From a virus (taxonomy: Duplodnaviria; Caudoviricetes), in IMG/VR virus record IMGVR_UViG_3300048848_000090, positions 1 to 29,807 of that record: a DNA stretch of 29,807 bases, one strand, 5' to 3'. This document shows positions 26,115 to 29,807 of this stretch, in pieces. The stretch's first letter is position 1. The number at the start of each line of letters is the position of its first letter. The position numbers and the translations under genes are program-made. Below the pieces are notes generated by a model. It saw only the letters and a program-made list of their open reading frames with translations, searched no databases and was not told where the DNA came from.

Positions 26115-26239
26115 TGCACTGGTTCCTCGCCACCCTGACCTTTACCGGCGCGGCCTCGGCCGCGATCGGCACGATGGCTATCACCATCGCCCCGCAACGC
26201 GCGCGTATCGCCGCGCTGCTCAACACGACGGTCTGGTGA
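26114..26239 (+). CDS. Small hydrophobic hypothetical protein
   Basis: TGATG coupling, GGGAG RBS, MHWFLATLTFTGAASAAIGTMAITIAP. Confidence 0.55.
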   Translation: MHWFLATLTFTGAASAAIGTMAITIAPQRARIAALLNTTVW

Positions 26240-26454
26240 TGGGCATGCTGCCTGACGGCTCTGCCGTGATCTCATACCGCGCAGAGAAGGTGAAGCTCAT
26301 CGGCTTCAGCACCTCTGCCGGCACGCGCGGCGCAACCAAGGTCCGTTTCGAGCTGGAGGTAACGGATCCGTGGGAGCTTGCCGACTTAGTCCGCAGCTTG
26401 GCGGAGATCCGCGAACATTCGGTAAGCACGCGTGCCCCGCGGCCGACCCGATGA
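26239..26454 (+). CDS. Hypothetical protein
   Basis: TGATG coupling; protein-like composition (VKLIGFS...VRFELEVTDPWEL). Confidence 0.6.
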   Translation: MGMLPDGSAVISYRAEKVKLIGFSTSAGTRGATKVRFELEVTDPWELADLVRSLAEIREHSVSTRAPRPTR

Positions 26455-26653
26455 GCCGCCTCCTGGCATCGCCGGGGGCGACCGCGCCCTCTACCTCGGC
26501 CTTGGTCAGCGTCGTGGCCAGCACGCCGACGTCCTGTGGATCATCGCGCCCCGGCGCACCTTTGCCAGCGTCCGCTTCGACGATGGCAGCGCCGTGCTCT
26601 GCCTCGCCCGCGATCTCCACCCGATCCCCCGCCGACCCCCGCCCATGTTCTGA
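26432..26653 (+). CDS. Hypothetical small beta-barrel-like (SH3/KOW-like) protein
   Basis: GDRALYLG...ADVLWI...ASVRFDDG pattern; stop lies just before palindrome copy 4; start uncertain. Confidence 0.5.
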   Translation: MPRGRPDEPPPGIAGGDRALYLGLGQRRGQHADVLWIIAPRRTFASVRFDDGSAVLCLARDLHPIPRRPPPMF

Positions 26654-26663
26654 CAGCCCCGCC

Positions 26664-26692
26664 GCTCTTGGCGAATGCAATTCTACAAGAGC
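26664..26692. promoter_or_regulatory. 29-bp palindrome, copy 4 (imperfect), inside the early operon
   Basis: GCTCTTGGCGAATGCAATTCTACAAGAGC; its reverse complement matches copy 1 at 27 of 29 nt; centre is 61 nt from ATG 26739. Confidence 0.72.
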
Positions 26693-26738
26693 AGCCGCTG
26701 GCGCGTCGGAACCCCCGCACTCCACCAACGGGACTTCC

Positions 26739-27272
26739 ATGATGACCGACAGCCCGACCAGCGGCGAGCGCACTAATGATCCGCTCGCCGACCTGCCGGC
26801 AACGAACTGTTCCCAAAAGCAGGAACAGCAACAACGCGGCATGCCGATCGACATGGCGCGGATGATGGGGCTGGAGACGGCCGCCAAGCTGCTCGGCAAG
26901 AGCGCACTAGCGGACGCCCTCGACATTGGCGTTCGCGCGCTCAACTTCAAAACCAACGGCGAACGCGGCATCTGCGCGGCGGACGTCGTCACCACCGTCT
27001 CAGCGCTAGAGGACCGCGCGGCTCGCATCGTCGATCATGCCCGCAAGCTGCGCGCCATACTGCCGGCGGCAGCGCTGGAGCAGCTCGACCGCCCGCGTTT
27101 GGCCCAGGCCGCCGCGGCGATGCTGCTTTGCGATCACGTCGAGCGCTTCGCATTCGAGCGTGTCGGCGTTGGCATGGACGCGTCACCGCATCTACTTGCC
27201 GAGGCCACTCGGCGGCTCGCCAGCCATATCTTACCCGAAAGCACGAACTCGTCGGCGGAGGCGCGGGGCTGA
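26739..27272 (+). CDS. Putative HTH DNA-binding protein
   Basis: LETAAKLLGKSALADALDIGVRAL HTH-like segment; start chosen at MMTDS after GGGA; the upstream in-frame extension is low-complexity. Confidence 0.6.
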   Translation: MMTDSPTSGERTNDPLADLPATNCSQKQEQQQRGMPIDMARMMGLETAAKLLGKSALADALDIGVRALNFKTNGERGICAADVVTTVSALEDRAARIVDHARKLRAILPAAALEQLDRPRLAQAAAAMLLCDHVERFAFERVGVGMDASPHLLAEATRRLASHILPESTNSSAEARG

Positions 27273-27608
27273 TGTTGCCCGGCGTCACCCTCACGATGAG
27301 CCTCCGCGCGTTGGAAGTCATCCGCGACGGTGACGCACGCCTGCTGCTGGCGGCAGACAAGCCCGTATCGGCCGCCGCGCACACCGCCCATCATCGACAA
27401 CGTCATAGACGCGACGCTGACCCTAGCTGCCGCCGTGAAGGCCGCAGCGGCCGGCGATCAGGATGCGGCACGCCGCGTCGCCGAAGATCTGCGCCTCGAC
27501 GAACTAGAGGTCCGGTCATGGCGCCGAACCCCGGCCATCTGCCGACGAAGGCGATCGGGAAGCGCGTCCGCGTCCTGCTCGCCGATGGCACCACCAACCG
27601 TGACATAG
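27272..27608 (+). pseudogene. Hypothetical gene with an apparent single-base frameshift near 27386-27389
   Basis: MLPGVTLTMSLRALEVIRDGD...AAHTA continues sensibly only in the +1 frame (IIDNVIDATLTLAAAVKAAAAGDQDAARRVAEDLRLDELEV). Confidence 0.45.
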
Positions 27609-27712
27609 ATCCGTCCGCGCCTCCCGGCTGGCCGGCGGACGGCAAGGGCGGCTGTCGCTGGACCCTGACCGGCCGCCCCCACGATATCGAACAATACGAG
27701 GTGATCGCATGA
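27518..27712 (+). CDS. Hypothetical protein
   Basis: GAGGT RBS; MAPNPGHLP...GKRVRVLLADG...CRWTLTGRPHDIEQYEVI. Confidence 0.65.
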   Translation: MAPNPGHLPTKAIGKRVRVLLADGTTNRDIDPSAPPGWPADGKGGCRWTLTGRPHDIEQYEVIA

Positions 27713-28059
27713 GCTTGTCTCATTCCTGCGGCTGTTCCCTATCGCCGCGCGGAAGTACGAAGGAAATGTGCCAGACCTGTGGTCAGCAGGATCGAGAGAC
27801 GTTCCGCCGTACCGCACCCGACCGCTTGACCATGGCTGCCTGCGCGCCAAGCCTATATCCCGGCACAGACATCATGACGGGTGTCGGCCCGATCATGGAC
27901 GCAGTGCGCCAGCGCCTCCGCGAGCGCCTTGCGACGATCAAGGGTGAGCCTGCGCCGACTGGCACCATCGAAACCCCGACAGCGATTATCCTGCCGCCGG
28001 CCGAGGCGATGCCATTCGTTTCAGGTCCGCAGCTCGACCTCTTCGGGATCGCGGCCTGA
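27709..28059 (+). CDS. Hypothetical protein with N-terminal CxC...CxxC
   Basis: GAGGTG RBS, ATGA overlap, C-terminal QLDLF motif. Confidence 0.6.
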   Translation: MSLSHSCGCSLSPRGSTKEMCQTCGQQDRETFRRTAPDRLTMAACAPSLYPGTDIMTGVGPIMDAVRQRLRERLATIKGEPAPTGTIETPTAIILPPAEAMPFVSGPQLDLFGIAA

Positions 28060-29198
28060 TGCGTCGAATAGCACCCGACGCCCGCCATCAACTGGCGCTG
28101 TTCACGACCGGCTTCGAAGAGCTGGCCATCTCGCCGGATGTCCGCATGGCGGTTCAGGCTGGGGCACCGGTGGCGTTTTCGCTCTCGGGCGGCAAGGATA
28201 GCGTCTCGATCAGCCATGCCACCGCGCAACTGCTCGACCGCATGGGCCATCCGCGCAGCCGGCGCATCGCGATCCATGCGGATCTGGGCCGCATCGAATG
28301 GCAGTCGACCCCCGCCACTGTCGAGGCCGCGGCGGAGATGCTCGGCGTGCCGCTGATCGTCGTGCGCAATAAGTCCCACGACATGCTGTCGAAGTGGGAG
28401 CGCCGGTTCGAGCTGGGATGCCTGCGCTATCAGGATCTGCTGACCTACCACCTGACGGCCCCTTGGTCGTCCGCCAGCAACCGTTTCTGCACGTCGGAGA
28501 TGAAGACCCACGTCATCCTCCCCGAGCTGCTGCGCCAGTTCCCCACGGATCGCATTCTGTCCGTCGTCGGCATCCGCCGGGAGGAAAGCCCCAAGCGCCG
28601 CCTGACGCCGATCTCCAAGGCGGAGGCGGCCTGCTACACGCGCAAGCGCGGGGCCAATATCCTGACATGGCACCCCGGCGTCGATGTCCGCGAGGACGAG
28701 GTGTACGCCTATTGCGAGCGGTACAGCCTGCCTCTGCCGGAAAGCTACGGCCTCGGCAGCACGCGCCACGGCTGCACGTTCTGTGTCATGGCATCGGAGA
28801 ACGACATCCGCGTGGCCGCCCGCGCGCCCGGCAATCGCGGCGTCTACCTGCACCTCGTCGATCGCGAGGCGTCGTCCACCTTCAGCTTACAGCAAGGCCG
28901 CTGGTTGGGTGACGTAGCGCCCGATCTGCTGCCGGCAGCGCTGGCGGCGGACTTCGCGCGAGGCAAGGCGCTAGGTGCCGAACGCCAGCGCCTCGAAGCG
29001 TCGCTGCCTGCGAACCTGCGCTACGTGAAGGGCTGGCCGCAGCGCGTGCCGAACCTCGACGAGGCGGCGGTGATCCTCGCCGTCCGCACCCGCATCCTGA
29101 CCATGCACCGCCTGACCTCTCCCTACGCCACCCCCGTCCAGGTCCGCGATCGCATCGCCGAGCTGCACGACATCCAACGCCTCAAGGAAGCCGCATGA
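28059..29198 (+). CDS. PAPS-reductase-family (PP-loop) protein, DndC/CysH-like
   Basis: FSLSGGKDS PP-loop, HADLG, RFCTSEMK, GIRREESPKR and RHGCTFC motifs. Confidence 0.88.
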   Translation: MRRIAPDARHQLALFTTGFEELAISPDVRMAVQAGAPVAFSLSGGKDSVSISHATAQLLDRMGHPRSRRIAIHADLGRIEWQSTPATVEAAAEMLGVPLIVVRNKSHDMLSKWERRFELGCLRYQDLLTYHLTAPWSSASNRFCTSEMKTHVILPELLRQFPTDRILSVVGIRREESPKRRLTPISKAEAACYTRKRGANILTWHPGVDVREDEVYAYCERYSLPLPESYGLGSTRHGCTFCVMASENDIRVAARAPGNRGVYLHLVDREASSTFSLQQGRWLGDVAPDLLPAALAADFARGKALGAERQRLEASLPANLRYVKGWPQRVPNLDEAAVILAVRTRILTMHRLTSPYATPVQVRDRIAELHDIQRLKEAA

Positions 29199-29431
29199 AG
29201 ACCGCAGCGCAACGCAAGCACGAGGGGCAGGCCAGCGCCACCGGCCGGTTCCTCCGGATCAACGACGTGGTCGCCACAGTCGGTCTTAGCCGGGCGACGA
29301 TCTACCGGATGATCGCCAATGATCAGTTCCCGAAGCAAGTGCGTCTGACGCCTCAATGTAGCGGCTGGTGGCAGGCCGCCGTGGACGATTGGGTCCGCGC
29401 CCGCCTCTCCGAGATGCCGCAAGCGGGGTAG
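29195..29431 (+). CDS. alpA: AlpA-family excisionase / recombination directionality factor
   Basis: RFLRINDVVATVGLSRATIYRMIANDQFPKQVRL...W...VDDW; immediately before the att site. Confidence 0.93.
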   Translation: MKTAAQRKHEGQASATGRFLRINDVVATVGLSRATIYRMIANDQFPKQVRLTPQCSGWWQAAVDDWVRARLSEMPQAG

Positions 29432-29435
29432 GGCA

Positions 29436-29456
29436 GGGGGCACCATTGGGGGCACC
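29436..29456 (+). repeat. Tandem GGGGGCACC direct repeats, probable integrase arm-type binding sites
   Basis: GGGGGCACC at 29436 and 29448 (12-nt period), followed by an AT-rich tract and then the att core. Confidence 0.55.
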
Positions 29457-29520
29457 GAGCATCTACGAACAACAAGAAAATACAGGAATTACAAAGTGAT
29501 GACCTCGGAAAATCGGCAGA

Positions 29521-29534
29521 GGCCAGGGGCACCA
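29521..29534 (+). repeat. Probable attR core: duplicated tRNA 3' end (GGCCAGGGGCACCA, possibly tRNA-Leu)
   Basis: Acceptor-stem-like strand ending in ACCA with no tRNA body upstream; lies after alpA at the end of the phage genes. Confidence 0.65.
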
Positions 29535-29675
29535 TTTCATCGACGGAACGCTACCGGAAGGCTTCACGGCCCGGCAGGGGGGGGATGACGGTCGCGGCAT
29601 GTTGCCGGATCGTGCGCCTGCCGGATGGCGAACGGCTGCACCGGACCGGCGTTTCCATAGGGTAGATACGGTCTC

Positions 29676-29807
29676 TCAGCCCCGCCGCCGCAGCCGGCCG
29701 CGGAACAGGCCGCGGTGAGTGGTCGCCTCGAACATCTCGCCCGGTCCTTCGGGATCGAGCACTTCGTTGTCCGCCAGCCACTTTTCGATGCCGTCCAGAT
29801 CGGGCAC
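29676..29807 (-). CDS. 3' end of a probable host gene outside the prophage
   Basis: Open frame VPDLDGIEKWLADNEVLDPEGPGEMFEATTHRGLFRGRLRRRG-stop entering from the window edge. Confidence 0.55.
   Translation of the reverse strand: MPDLDGIEKWLADNEVLDPEGPGEMFEATTHRGLFRGRLRRRG

Larger units (their letters stand above)
1..29534. mobile_element. P2-like temperate myovirus prophage (right part; portal, integrase and attL expected left of the window)
   Basis: Complete P2-type head, lysis and contractile-tail gene set, plus a repressor switch, ogr, alpA and a tRNA-3'-end-like att copy at 29521-29534. Confidence 0.97.

Noticed and set aside
1007-26692. The palindromes as CRISPR repeats, invertase sites, IS ends or intrinsic terminators
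   Set aside because: They are kilobases apart with no spacers, no cas, invertase or transposase gene, and no U-tract. Their fixed distance to start codons fits activator sites better
26370-26738. N-terminal extension of the 300-aa ORF 26370-27272
   Set aside because: It is low-complexity Ser/Pro/Ala sequence that overlaps two better ORFs and the palindrome. The start at 26739 is preferred
1993-29198. Several proteins end in -AA (gpN, gpR, FI, ORF 27709, PAPS reductase), a possible ClpXP degron
   Set aside because: Ala is very frequent in this proteome and the set includes stable virion proteins, so it cannot be told from chance
29460-29534. A complete tRNA gene ending at 29534
   Set aside because: There is no T-loop (GTTCRA), D-arm or 5' acceptor strand upstream. 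Only the last 14 nt or so look tRNA-like
29551-29781. 76-aa minus-strand ORF beyond att
   Set aside because: It is Arg/Pro-rich and overlaps a more protein-like frame ending at 29676

Overview
Almost the whole window (1 to about 29534) is the right-hand part of an integrated, apparently intact P2-like (Peduoviridae-type, contractile-tail) prophage in a high-GC host that is probably an alphaproteobacterium (Sphingomonas-like; inferred). The structural order is: terminase gpP (truncated by the window edge), head genes O-N-M-L, tail X, a holin/endolysin/overlapped-spanin lysis cassette, R-S, J-I-H plus a second beta-helix tailspike, then V-W-FI-FII-E/E'-T-U-D. Next comes a lower-GC minus-strand operon of cI (HTH plus S24 peptidase), a lipoprotein, a 290-aa soluble protein and a 142-aa four-TM protein. 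It is followed by a divergent early operon (cro-like, cII-like, ogr, small ORFs, a PAPS-reductase-family gene, alpA) and a probable attR that copies a tRNA 3' end. The most notable observations are: (1) a candidate RexAB-like two-component exclusion/abortive-infection system co-transcribed with cI; (2) four copies of a 29-bp palindrome, each centred 58-61 nt upstream of a start codon, forming a probable Ogr-type late regulon with one unexpected member in the early region; (3) four 16-bp operators in the cI/cro switch; (4) a possible RNA switch between gpM and gpL; (5) a WYL-like insertion in gpS; (6) ssrA-tag-like ANDD/ANDN motifs in Ogr and the scaffold protein. All family calls come from motif recognition and synteny, not database searches.
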